64,000 nucleotides of DNA from Yuukianura sp. NJ FZ-2021. Taxonomy: Eukaryota. The translations under genes and the position numbers were made by a program. The notes beneath the pieces were generated by a model. The model was given only the letters and a program-made list of their open reading frames with translations, was not told the origin of the DNA and searched no databases. How positions within the stretch are numbered: position 1 is the stretch's first letter; each line of letters begins with the position of its first letter. The stretch is taken from NCBI GenBank assembly GCA_046563655.1, contig CM102290.1, positions 4,588,001 through 4,652,000 of the forward strand, written 5' to 3'. Shown piece by piece: positions 28,401 to 41,104 of the stretch.

Positions 28401-31400
28401 CAAATTGTTATACATTCCTTAATTCAGTTTCAAATCGTTCCTAGAAGTTAGAAACCAAAACCGCCTAAAGCCGAACTGTGAAATTAAACATAAACACTTC
28501 CATTTGTAAACATGGAAAGATTTTAAATGACTCATCCTCGCAACATACTACAATGTTAGTCCAAGTAAAAAACTTTTATGAATTAACAACTACCACCCAA
28601 CTATCGCGTTATGTTATTTTCTACAAACCAGCTCCGCGTGCCAAGAATAGGAATCAACATTGTGACAGGTCAAGCAAACTGGGAAATCAGAATCTTTGTA
28701 GTTTTTGTGAAGAGATTTTGAAAATAGCCAAACATTCCACTCTCAAATTTTCAAATTTTGGCTTATTTGTGACTGGCTAGACGCTAAAAGTGATTTTAAT
28801 TGAAGACAAGTAGCAAATAATAGGCACAACAGAAACATTCAAAGAAGGCGACAATTAAGCGCTCTGGATGAGTTAAAAGCGTCATAATGTGCAGACGCAG
28901 GCACTGTTGTTCCTGAAAGTTCCAGTTTTCTAGTTACAAACAAGTTTAGATCAGGATTTGCAAGTTTGAAACTATCGTCAGCAGAGGTCAAGGGGTTATC
29001 CAATGCGTCTTCACCCGGACATGAAACCTTTGGGTGACATAAAACTAAGTACTTTCTTAAAACATAGAGATCGTAAATCCCAAGATTACAAAAACTGAGC
29101 ATCACTTTTTCAACTGCTACTAATGGATTTAACAATTGGTTCAAGCGGGATCCTTACAAAGTCTATCAGTAGGATTACACGAGAAGAGCAAATGGCTAAT
29201 AAAAACTAAAAGGCTGATTACTTGCCAAATTCCAATTTTAGGATTTCCCTAGTCTGTTTTAAAAGACGCTGAGAGACTTTATGTATGTCGAAGACAAAAC
29301 TTTTGTCAGAATGCTTTAAGAATAGAGGCAAAGCCATCAATTATGGAGTCGAATCCTAATGCTTCCTCTCCATCAATTCACAAAGTTACGGAGAGTATCA
29401 AGTCACTTTTGCAGATTCAGTCTGACATGGAAAAAAAAAGCTTGTGAGCCTTCTGGACTCAAACAATGCTGAAGTAACCAAGATCACAAAAAGTTTAGAT
29501 ACGCGATACTTCGTACAAAGTGGTCCGGAACATCTCATATCTTTTTGTCAAAATAATTCCATGCAAGTTTTTGCAAAGACATATTCAGCTCATGGAAAAG
29601 TATTATTTAGGTAGTATAGAATTTTCTAGACCTCTAGGAATGATGCGCAGACTTCATTTAAAATATTTTGGTTGTGCTCCAAATATTATGACGCTCATTC
29701 ATTTCTTAGACGCTTCTCTGACATTGACGGATTACCAGCTTATACTAGGTCACACACATTCTCTAATGCCGTTTTTATATTTAGCAATACATATTTCACA
29801 TTTGTGGGATGCAGCATTTTTTTTCTAAATACTTTTCAAATCGGTATTGCAAAATTTACCTTGGAGGTTTGCTACTTTCGTTTTCATCATTTGCAGTGTT
29901 TCCAGCTTTCCGATTCCTCTGCTCTTCCTTCCTGTGTAACCTTCTGCACAGTCGCTGATGTAAAATAAGATCAAATGACCGCTGGAGGTCACCGACAACT
30001 TCATCATTTTTCAGTACCCTCAGGGTCACATTTCTGTAGGTTTCAAACCTGGAAGAATCTTTTGGATTATATGACGAACTATAGATTGGAAGTTTAAAAA
30101 GAAACTGGAGACAACGAATTGCCATTGCCGTTACCTTGAATCAAGTGTTTCAATTGAAGAATTAGTTTGGTTATCATTTTCGTTGAGATACTCGGCTTCA
30201 TTTTCATTGACTTGTACAATTGAACTGTTCACTTTGGGATACGCAGGAACTTGAACATTGAGTCCAGATCGATTTAGTTCTGCTAGGAATTGGGTGCGGA
30301 AGTGATCTGCCGAATCCCAGTCGTTCAGGACTTCACACTCCACTAATTTGTCTTTCCGCCGAAGGGCCCCCCTGTTTTTCCGCACTTTGAAGATCATTTG
30401 AAGAAAGTCCGGACCGGACGCCATTTGCCTCAGCAACAATCCACCCCCACTGAAAACGAACAACAGAACAGAAACTATTAGTTCCTAATTCAAACCTTTT
30501 GAATCTGAAAATTGTCAATTGTAGGGATTTACAGACTGATACGTACAAGTCCCAAACGTGGAAATTCATAATCTTAATTTGGCATCACAATTGTTCTGAA
30601 TTATGATTAATGGTTAGGTGGCAATAGGGAATTTTAGGTGCAGAACAACTTTTTTGGTTAGGCTAGTTATGCAAATGTTAGGATGTTTTTTTTTATTGTA
30701 CAGCTTATTCTAAAAGTCATTGTTTTACAATGGACTGAAGCCTATCCCTTGTTTAAAATTCAACCGTAGGCTACGCAACATCAGAGTCTGAGAATGACCA
30801 TAAATTTTCCCATTGTTTCCAGAAAGACTTGACCCCGAAGAAGACTGATAGGTAACTGTTCTGGTCTTGACTTTTGACAGACGCTTGGGGGCGGAGGGAA
30901 AATATAAATCTGTATTGTAAAAAATTAAAAGTTCGGGTTAAATGGCGAAAGAAAATGTCAAAAACTAAAATTTGTAAAATTTCAAGTTTGAAAAGGAAAA
31001 AAAAGTCAAAATTCAAAATTTGAATTAACTTTTTTAAGTGACAATTGTATTAAAAACCGAAGTTGTTTGTTTGCAAAACATGCGTAGGCAATGCCTTTGC
31101 TTGCTCTTAAGGCTCGTTAGATAACCAACAGAACTTTCTCCAGAAAACTGTGCCCACTGAAGCCCTACCCATGGAGCATACAAAGTAGCGTCCTTCTCAC
31201 TGTCAGATTGTTTAAAAATTTAACAAACTGTTATTTAAACTATTTGGTTTGACCGCCGATAAAAGATAGTAGCTGGGGTCATCACCGCTGGAGAGTGAGG
31301 TCATTGACCTCTGGAAAAAGGCGGCAACAGTAGTGTAGTGTTATGAATATTTAAAAGTTATTAAACGAATAAAGTGAATCTGCAGTACTGTTTTGTCTTG

Positions 31401-34400
31401 AAAGTTCAATTGAATCCTGGATGAGAAGGCGTAACTTTCCTTAAGTCGGAAACAATAGTTTGGTTGGAGTAATTAATAATAATTACAACCCGTCAAAATA
31501 ACAACTACCTTCCCAAATACTTCCCTCCTCTTCATAATTTAGTCTGAGGAATAGTCTACTAGTGGAATGAAATGCTACAAAGTGACTTTTCACCAGACAT
31601 GTCTGCAACTTTTTTTTGTTCGTGTCCAAGGTGCAGAAGTATCCGTCACAAGCGATCCTAAACTTACGCTAACATTGGCCCGCGGCGATTCCAAAGCTTA
31701 CACATTTCAGCCAGTGTTATATCGCCCGAGTATTTTATTTAAAAGAGTGCAGTGGCCTGAAAAGTGCCGGCGGGGTTTCATTTCCCCCGGGGTTTTTTCA
31801 ATTTTCCGGTACCCAGTGTACTCTGACTTGCTTGCTGGGCTGCATCCAGACCAAATTGGCAATAATAATAGAGTAGTTATGAATGACAGGTTTCATCATC
31901 TTATGCACTGGGAATTCGTCCAGGAAATTGGGCTTCTTGGGATTCCACAGAGAGCAGCAATTTGATGAATTGGGGGCCGTGGCTGTTTTGATCCGCCTCC
32001 TACGCCATCTCATTGGTGGATTTAGGTGGTGTGAGCAGTTGATGTGTTTTGGCATTGTCATAGTAAGTTGGTTCCGCTACTTTCCCCTTGGTCTTCCTAA
32101 AGTCTATTGTCACAATTCAATTGTTCATTGCCTACCTCACACTCACAGTAGCAGTGAGTCTGCAAGGATGATGACTCCATTCCACGACCTTGTTTTTATG
32201 TCTACCTCCTTGGCATTGACGCAACGCTCTCATCCACTTTTACTAACCGTATCTCATCCAAAAATCAACGTTTCAAACCGTAAAACTTCAAATACAACCG
32301 GCTTCATTATTTAATCAACTTTAGACTTGCTCTCAACTTTAAAACGCTCCTTGGGTCGTTAGCAGGCGAAGGTTAAATGACGTTCGTCCAAGAAACGGCT
32401 CCAGTTGGACACTGGAGCTCAAAAATGACATTACCATTGCTCAAAAACCGGAAAAAAGTGACAATGGACAATTAATTTAGTTGGCGTTCTTTTAGAAACA
32501 ATAAAAATTTAGTGGGACTCTTAAAATGGCAAAGTAAGCCAAAGATTTCATGGGAATTGTAATTAAAATGCCCAAACCCAGACTATAGTGTTAATCGAAT
32601 TCAAATTCAAATTATTTTAGACTGGCTAAACTTATTTAAATATTAATTTTTAGGATAACGAAAATCGAAAATGTCAAATAGAGTTGACTCACAAGGTGAC
32701 ACCGCTATCATAAGCGTTTGTTTGCGTAAGCGTGCGGATTGTGAGCTGAATACTTAGAACCTAAATTATTGGCAAGTGATCAAACCGCATAGGTTATTTT
32801 TAGGTTCAATTCAAATTGGAATGGTGTAAATTTGATACATTTGGGACAAGGTTACAAATGAGTTTGGTAGGTGCCAATTGCCTTTTTTTCTAAACAATTT
32901 TTTTTTCGTTTTTCTAAAAAAAAACTATTGAACAGTTATAGGTAGGATGAAGTCAGTGTACCATAAAAGATTGTCCGCAAGCTACTTAACTTTTGTATTT
33001 ATTAAGTAGCGAAGCTACTTTATACATCGACCTTGTCTGTCTGGCCGTCCGTCCGTCCGTCCGTCCGTCCGTCCGTCTCCGGCAATTATCTCGGAAACGG
33101 TTCAACATTTCCGGGATCTGTTTTCACCGGTGGACACCCAGTGACCCGGTGATGTTCACTATTGAATATCAACCCGGTGGGTCAACTCCTTCCGGGTCAA
33201 AGGTCAAGGTCAACCGGTTTCATCTCCGGTAACGTGAAAAATGCTCTCTACAAAAGTTGTTCATCTCGTCGAGATCAATAACTTTTGTGTACATCACATG
33301 ACCCCAAGTGACCTCCTTCCGGGTCAAAGGTCAACTTTTTCAGTTTAACGTTCTCCCATTGGGGGAAGTGGTGGAACCCACCCCTCCCCCGGGTGAACCC
33401 ATCTCCACTCCCCCGGGTGAACCCATCTCCACTCCCCCGGGTGAACCCATCTCCACTCCCCAGGGGGAACCCATCTCCATTCCCCCGGGGGAACTCATCT
33501 CCACTCCCCCCGGGGAACCCATAATCCGCAGGGGGACCCATCTCCACTCCCCCGAGGGGAACCCCACCCCCGCTCCCTCTCCCGGGGGGGGGGCCGGAAA
33601 GGAGGTAGAACCAACTATCACTTCCTCAGGGGGGGAGGGGGTGAACCCACCCCCACTCCCCCTGGGGGGGGCGCTATCTTCGCTACTTACGTACACCGGT
33701 TTACAACCGTTTATTAGATGGAAAATTATGCGTTGAGAGTTCAAGAGTTACCAAAGATTAAGTAGGCAACAAGTTACGTTTCCGACATGAACTCATCATC
33801 ATGCCATCGTACGATCCACAAAATTACAAATGGGAAGGACGTCTACTAATCCATTGTAAATATTCTGAATGGATGACGAACTCCGCCTACGACACGTCAG
33901 CCAAAAAATCACAAGATGGAAAGCTTACATACATTACGAGAAAATTACTGACGATGCTGCAGGATCGGATGGTTTGAGTGACAATGGTGTGGGCGTGGGG
34001 CTGGATAAAATGTTTGACGAAGCTGAATTATTATCAGAATCTGTCGGATGATGTGCAACTGCAACGTACAACTCTTGCCGTTTAATTTGCACATTTTACA
34101 CTATGAGGCATAATAATGACAATTTTGACGTAGTCGTATGACTTACCTGTCAGTCAACGTCAGCCTCACAAGACTTGTTTGATTTAGCTAAACTATACCC
34201 TCATAAACCCATCCCTAAAGTTATGTGCGTACTTACTTCTGACAAAACTGACTAATCTCTAGAAAATATTTCTCAAGAATTGAACAAAATTGGCCAATTT
34301 GTGCAAAATGAAATCATGGAAGCCAAAATGGAAAGCGAGTGTGGGCAAGGATCGAAGGACGCGTCCCAGAAGTGCGCAGTTTCAAAAAAAAATCAGAATA

Positions 34401-35356
34401 AAAAACATTTAATTGAAAAGATCAGCTAGAAAGTACTAACGTCTTTACGGAGAAGCGTTTCGAAAATTTCGAAGCATATCGACGAAAGAAATTCAAAATT
34501 GTGTATGAAAAATGAACGTTTTGATTAGTGTTTACACGTTGTGTTACAAAAGATTGTAACAACTTCAAAAAACAGTAAGAATATGAGTACAGAAAAATAT
34601 GAAAATTTCAATGAGATTTGCAGTGGAAAAACGAGACGCAAAATATGTTTTTGTTGAGCAAATTGCAAGTGCATGCACTTGGAATCAAAATATGGATTCC
34701 GTAATTGACTTACAAAACCAGTTGGCTATAATTACACTTGTTGTGTAAAAAAAATTATATTTGAATTACGTTTCAAACGTACGTGTTTTAAAGTAGTACG
34801 ATATGTAATTATAGAAATTATACGTGCTTAAAAATACTACGCAAAAATGCTTAAGCGTCACTTGGGATTTTCAAAAAAGAGAAAAACTGGGAATTAATTG
34901 CAAAACCAAAGTTTCCAAAATTCTTTTCAAGACGATTGTAATACCAATTCCCACCATTATGAAATTCAATGGTCGAAATTTTCAAAACAGTGTAATAATT
35001 TTTGGAATTTTCTTTAAATACAAAAAAAAAACTTTTCATAATTTCTTTTGCATAACTATACCATGAGTGGAATATTTCTTTTTTTTTCAAAATTCTAATA
35101 GTTCAGAGATTACATACCTCTTCCCACGCTTCTCAGCGTTGGCGTTTCCGGCAACTGAAGTTTCCTTGACAATAATGTCGCCAAATCGCATGCGAACTTC
35201 ATACTCTCCGTCAGTCAGTTCAGCAGTTGCTATGTAGTTGACTGGCGGATGACCCTGTGGATCTGGATCTGGTTCTGAGGTCACAGTGACCAACGAACTT
35301 AAACAAACAATACAAAGGGCACTCACACTTAGCAAAAGTTTGCACGAATTTACCAT
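22494..35356 (-). CDS. Secreted group III (bee-venom-like) phospholipase A2 with signal peptide and long N-terminal pro-region; 5 exons
   Basis: Phase-consistent GT-AG exons 35356-35118 (signal peptide MVNSCKLLLSVSALCIVCLSSLVTVTS), 30449-30135, 30048-29860, 28328-28098 and 22686-22494. Motifs: Ca-loop PGTMWCGVG, catalytic DRCCRAHDGC, SHCACDER|FRSCLK, VGKLFFNVVQTKCF, C-terminal CVKSSWWGKC. Confidence 0.9.
33000..33715 (+). mobile_element. DINE-1/HINE-like non-autonomous Helentron element in PLA2 intron 1
   Basis: Sub-terminal inverted repeats TAAGTAGCGAAG (33003-33014) and CTTCGCTACTTA (33678-33689); 5' hairpin AAGTAG-CGAAG-CTACTT; (GTCY)n microsatellite ~33035-33078; central 24-bp tandem repeat; 3' stem-loop CGGTT-TAC-AACCG (33697-33709); T-rich flanks. 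Confidence 0.85.
33383..33560 (+). repeat. GC-rich 24-bp minisatellite (CTCCCCCGGGTGAACCCATCTCCA, ~7 units) inside the HINE
   Basis: Direct 24-nt periodicity. It generates the spurious PPGEPIST / GSGDGFTR ORFs in the ORF track. Confidence 0.92.
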
Positions 35357-38300
35357 TTCCTCTCGACGGCAGTTAGAGATTACTTAATTCAGTTAATTTA
35401 AAAAAATCTTTCAAAACTGAAGCGTTGTATTTGTTTGAACAATAGGTTTGTTTTGAAGAAGAATAGATGATGGTGCTCTGTTTGTGTGCTGAATTGAAGT
35501 GAGGGTTAGGCCAAAGTGGTTCCCGGTAAAAAGAGGAAATCCTTACTAGCAGCAGTCTGACTCTCTCAGTGACTGACCCCCACTTAGGAAGGTGTCCCAG
35601 ACATCAAGTGCAGAATACACAACCGCACTTAACTACATACAGTTTCATATCAAAGTGTGTCAAGTCAACCTATAAGTAATTACAAATTAACAGAGTAAAT
35701 TAATTGGATTGATTTTTAGTTAAAAGTTAGCGCTGGTGGGATTTTTGTAAGATATTTCGAAATACGAAATGTTATTTGAAAATCAAACGAGCCTCCTTTT
35801 GCAAAAAATATTGTACACCGACCCACGCTATTTCAAATTTAACCGCATTTTTTAGTAATTTGTCTGACAGTTCGTAAGGGTGTCTGGAAGATGGAATTTT
35901 TCATGAAAAAACAAAAACATATATAAAAACACGGAATAATTTAGAATTTTTTAAGTATATGCGCAGTGATTTTTTTCGGAATAAGTTACTGTATTCAACT
36001 TTAATCCGCTGCTACGTTTTCCAAAGTTGTAAAATCCGCAAATTTGCGGTTCAATTCTAAGTGTTCTTTTGAAGATGTAAAATTTCGCTTTCTTTCTGAC
36101 ATTTGTGACTTTTGACATTAAATAAAGAGATAATTTTTTGACGTTTCGCTGTTTATCAAAAACATAAAGGTTAATAGCTGGATAAGTTACAAATTTGAAA
36201 CTATTGGTTTACACAAAGTATTTTATCGTAAGTGAATTTGAACTTGAAGATAGATTTCTTTCGGCTGTACAGGGAAATTGCCACCTAACTGGATATTTCA
36301 TTAGAAAAATTTTGATCCAAATCTGCAAAAAAATTGTTACATACTAGTTCATCTACAAAGTGAGACGTACGTTTTTTTTTCAAAGGCATCGGTTACGAGT
36401 ACGACACTGCTTCGTATCACACTTTCACACAAACACATAAGCCTTCGACATGCTTGTAGCGACATCTAGCGGCAAAAATTACTATAATGTCGTTAGTACT
36501 AAATGTTCAGCACGTAACGTACGACATCAAAAAACGTTAAATCCTAATCTAAAATCTAACCGTTGTTATATTGATATTTTCCTAAAGCACGTCAATTACA
36601 TATGGCTGACTAAAAATTTTTTTTGGTGAAATCAGACTTCGTAGAAGAGAAAACAAATCTAAATTTTTCAAGTTCGAAAACGTAGTATATTTATTGACGC
36701 ATAGTTACACGTGTAATAGTACAAAATAGTCGATTTAGCACTAATCGTTTTGTTACGTCTCAAGCATAGTTTTTTTTTTCGATTTTAGAATATTAGCGCA
36801 TACCGATACGAACGACCAACCGCTCGGTCTTTATAAGATACACATATTTCAACAAGGTTCCCCCGTGCCCCAAATTTTGAACAAGACCACGTAAAATTTG
36901 ACCTCTACTTACAAAAGTACTAGCATAATCCTACGGTATTCTTTATCGTACGGAGGCATCTTCCATTTCATAAGGTTATTGTTCAGACGGAAATTGAGGG
37001 AACTCTCTGTTAATATACTTAACAACCTACAAGATCATTTACCAAAAATCCAAGAAAAAGGAACTATACAAATTGTACCACACATTTCCCATTTCCTCAT
37101 ACACATTGTAAGTGTTAGGTTTTCTAGTTCATTTTTCTAAAAAAAAAATTATTTCACAACAGTTTCTAACAAACAGAACCAAAATTATGGTACTATAATG
37201 AAAGGCTTCAACGTTTCTAGTAGTATCAAACCATCTGAACAATTACTACGACGCATGTTCCACAGGAGATCCTGTTTGATACATTTTTTATATCTTAAAC
37301 AAAACCTAATGATTACTCTCAACCAATTCGGAGAAATTACAAGTTAATTCAGCAATAGGTGCTTTAAGAGCTCGTTTAACAATATTTGCGAATTACGAAC
37401 AAATGAGCGACAATCTAAAAACTACTATACAAGAGGCAATTTTATAAATTGTAAATATTATTTAGCCCCAGCACCGTTTAGTAAATATTTGACCCTCGTA
37501 TTCAATAAACATCCGAAAAAAAAAGTGTTAAGATAAAAGAAAAAAAAACAATACAAATTCAGTAGAAAAACAAATTAAAAGACTAAAATTCTACATAAAA
37601 TTAGTTGCCTTAAAATTACAATTGTAATTAGACTAATAGTTACAAGTTAAATATCACACACTCGTATTAAGTAGAGTTGCTAAATGCAAACATGCTTTTG
37701 CCTCCTTGCCAGCCTTACAATATATTTTATTTCCGTGAGTAATAAATAATACTTTTCAGCGATTTCAAAAGTGTCCGAGCCAAAAACAACTTCTTTGTTT
37801 TTGAAAAGTCGCCGAAATCGACTTTCCAAGGAGTATAGTAGTTAGTAACAATATTTAGCATTTCGACACCCCTCACTACAGTAGGATTACAATTTTGGCT
37901 CGACAAGTTCTGCAATGTTATGGCTAATGCGCTTGTAAATGTTTTTGTTTTGTCTACCTACCAGGTATGGTTACAGTTTCCAGGTATTTTTTAGGTGTTT
38001 ACAAGTGAAGCGATATTTTGCGGTGTAATGTTCTGACGTAGGTACATTAGGGATAAAGGGGATCGGATTCAAAATATTACGTTTCAAATTTCCCAAACTG
38101 TTAATATGTTAAGAGCATTCACAATTTACTTTAGGTTACAGTGTATCACAAATCACACATTTATATCGTCCCCGTGCGAAAAGATCTTAAATAGTATTCA
38201 TTTGCTATGTATACTTTAATTCATGTTCGGTCCAAAAAAAAATTGTGATACAAACCCCAAAAACCCAATCCACGATATTTTGTCGAAAAATCTCGAATGT

Positions 38301-39253
38301 TTTAGCACTGCACTTCATATTTTTTTTTCTGGCAACACTCCGTTTTGCGGCAAGCAAAAATCTAATAATGGGGATTTAAGCGTTGAAAAGATCTGAAATG
38401 CTTCAGCAAATACATGACAAATTATTCATCGAAATAGTGTGACGCAGAAGTGATAAACTGGAAAAATCAATACAAAACTGATTGCTCCAATTTCAATTCA
38501 ATGTTTTCAAAACAAAAAATAATAATATTTTTTTGAGTTGTTGATATTTGTAACTTGGCAAAATATTTGGATTCAACTGCGAAATGAATAGTATTCGTTT
38601 TTGATAGTTTCATAGACAGACAAAACACTATTCCCGGAAAAATGTCACCAAAGTAAAAAATTGATTATTCGCTATTTGTCCACAAAAAAAGATGAAAAAA
38701 TCATTTTAGAGTTTCAGTGAAATATTGGAGTGCTGCCAGTATTTTTTTTCAAAGGGTTATGCGAAGAGGCAGCTACGAGATCTTTCAAGTTAAAGGAATA
38801 TACAGGCACCGTGGATTGGACTCCCATTAAAATATTTTCAGCGAAATCTTTGTTAAAAAAACGGGATTAACAAATGAAAAGTGTTCTAAAACTGTGTCTA
38901 TGTGATAATAATTGTGATTGAATTAGATATAGAAGCCTCGAATTGTGATGTTTTACAATGTAAAAAGAAAAAGAAACGCGCAAAGTTTGTTAGATGTTTG
39001 ATTCTAGGCAATTCTGCGCTTAAATCACAACAGCAGCAACGCGTGCATAAGTGATCTAAGTTAATTAATCTCAAACATATGGGATTTTAGGTCCTCTAGT
39101 AATTGCAAACGGAGGCTGGATATCGGTATCCTTTGGGTTTCGTACCATACAACAACGCACGAATCTATTTTCTTCTCGCAGTAGATCATATTAGAGGTTG
39201 AAAAATATTTCGACAGGGATTTTGACTCGGTGATGTCGCTTCCATGTGGGTTC

Positions 39254-39479
39254 GCCAGGGTCACCGCCAAGTGTGCCAGAAGAATGTGAAGAGACGACGT
39301 AGGAAGGCAAAGCACGCCAGAAACGATTGACATAGCTGAGTAACTGCCGTAGACTGTGGAGGTTCAACTATTACTGGGTCGATTTCTGGAATGACCCAGG
39401 GGTCAACGTCTGGACTTCCTTGTGTCGTTCTTGGACGATTGATAGTAAATGGTTTAGCAGTTTGGTGGCTGACCCTGGC
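39254..39479 (-). promoter_or_regulatory. Candidate structured cis-regulatory RNA element immediately 3' of the YPEL stop codon
   Basis: At least five mutually compatible complementary segment pairs found by eye (see findings). The region is GC-richer than the downstream AT-rich UTR. Function is inferred only. Confidence 0.55.
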
Positions 39480-39485
39480 CTTTTC

Positions 39486-41104
39486 TCAGTCCCACTGATT
39501 CTCCTTCACCATATGAGCTAGTTCAATAATATACTTCCCCTCTTTGTACTTTTGACTAGATTCAAAGGCGTGCTCCTAGGAAGGAAAAAAATCGATTCTT
39601 TTAATTTTGAATGTGTTAATTCTTTCAAAGAAACCCAAGTGGATTGTAACATTGAACAAACTTACGTATTTCCAGCCAAGTGTTGTTCGACAGCATTCAC
39701 AGTAAATGTCTGCAACGGCATGAAGTCCAGTTAGCAACACTCGTTCTTCCGCGGGTCCACAACCAACATTTACTCTGCAATAAAAAGAAGTATACAAATT
39801 GTTTATTTTACAACAACACATTCTTATCTCCCATATAGAATAAAATTTAATTAAAATTAAGTAAATCCAATACAATAAATCGGCTGAAACCGATTTATTG
39901 CAATTCGATAGAAAAGTTGCAGGGCGGGGTAAACGTTTCTCTCCTGAAAACCCGAAATTAAAATAATTGTTAATAATTTTTATGGCTCCTAGGTGGAGTT
40001 AACGTTAGAATACTGAAGAAAGAGTAACGAAAAAGCATAGAAAGACAATAGATAATTAGAATCTTAACTAAAGTTTACCCACACCAATTTACTCACACTG
40101 AATTGAAGAGGTAAGCCCTTCCCTGACTTCCTTGAAATGACTGTAGAGAAACAACAAAGACAACAATTAGTCCGACGTTCCCAGCAGCTGAATAATCGAG
40201 TTACCGAATACGGCAATTCTTTGTTTTCGACTTCACTATTCTGCATTCATCGCAATATCCTATGCATTTTCCATTTCATCATGCATTGTGAATTTCAAAA
40301 ATCGAAATTTGAGGCAAGGCATGCATGAACAATTTAACAGTAGGGGTGGAACAGTTTTCGTACATTTCAGAGTTTCCTATTCCTGACTCTCCATTCGATT
40401 TCTTCAGGTTACAATTTCAAATGAGTGTGGAAGCTGAATTAGCTTAGACCAGCACAAAAACAAAAACATAAACGTCAATATCCAAACTTCTTGAGACTAC
40501 AGTTATGGTGAAACGGATCCGTGTTAAATGGGAGTAAGCGGTTTAGAGGTTCACTTTTTGCAAGTCAAAGAAGCAACGCAGTTGATGGTCAGGAATAATT
40601 GATGACACTTTGCAAATCCAAAAGCTGCATTCAATTCCAGGCAATGTCAGCATTATTTCATAGCTCTCGAGGGCACGTTCATGCAGTTTGGGATCAAAAT
40701 AACGGCCTTAAAGTAAAGCTCAAATTTCGTTGCTATGTCCTCAATCCTTCTACAGATAAAAGTCCAGCTAACTTTGGCACCCATTGGTTCTCAGCTAACA
40801 AAAAATCTGTCTTCCTTGTTATTCTCTCGCTTTGAATTTCTACCCGATTCACGTTTTGATTGTTCTACAGGTTAACAATAAGATATACCAAACTCCTACC
40901 AAATGGAAAAGGAAAGTAATGAAAACTGTTGACAATACTTGTGATTATGCACATAAAAAACAGCACGAACACAGAACTTTAGAGTATTGAACGTTTGTTT
41001 ACCTTTGAAATCAGTTCATCATGATTAGCAAGATGTGCCCGACAATGGACACAAGTATAGTATCTGTGACAATTAGCCAAATAGGCCTGGAACGTCTTGA
41101 CCAT
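39486..41104 (-). CDS. YPEL: Yippee-like protein (YPEL1-4 type zinc-binding protein); 4 coding exons
   Basis: Exons 41104-41003 ([34 protein letters not shown]), 40140-40097 ([15 protein letters not shown]), 39774-39666 ([36 protein letters not shown]) and 39575-39486 ([29 protein letters not shown]). Two CxxC motifs; all introns GT-AG. Confidence 0.96.

Noticed and set aside
33275..33744. Pro-rich and Gly-rich ORFs (PPGEPIST, GSGDGFTR repeats)
   Set aside because: All frames are open because of the GC-rich 24-bp minisatellite inside the HINE; there is no gene structure.
38329..38741. Short inverted match CTGGCAACACTCC / GGAGTGCTGCCAG resembling hAT termini
   Set aside because: Only 13 bp with a mismatch, oriented outward, and no TSD found.
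39873..39900. 11-bp hairpin CAATAAATCGG-CTGAAA-CCGATTTATTG in a YPEL intron (similar 9-bp hairpin at 4613-4635)
   Set aside because: Too short for a miRNA precursor and with no supporting context; likely incidental.
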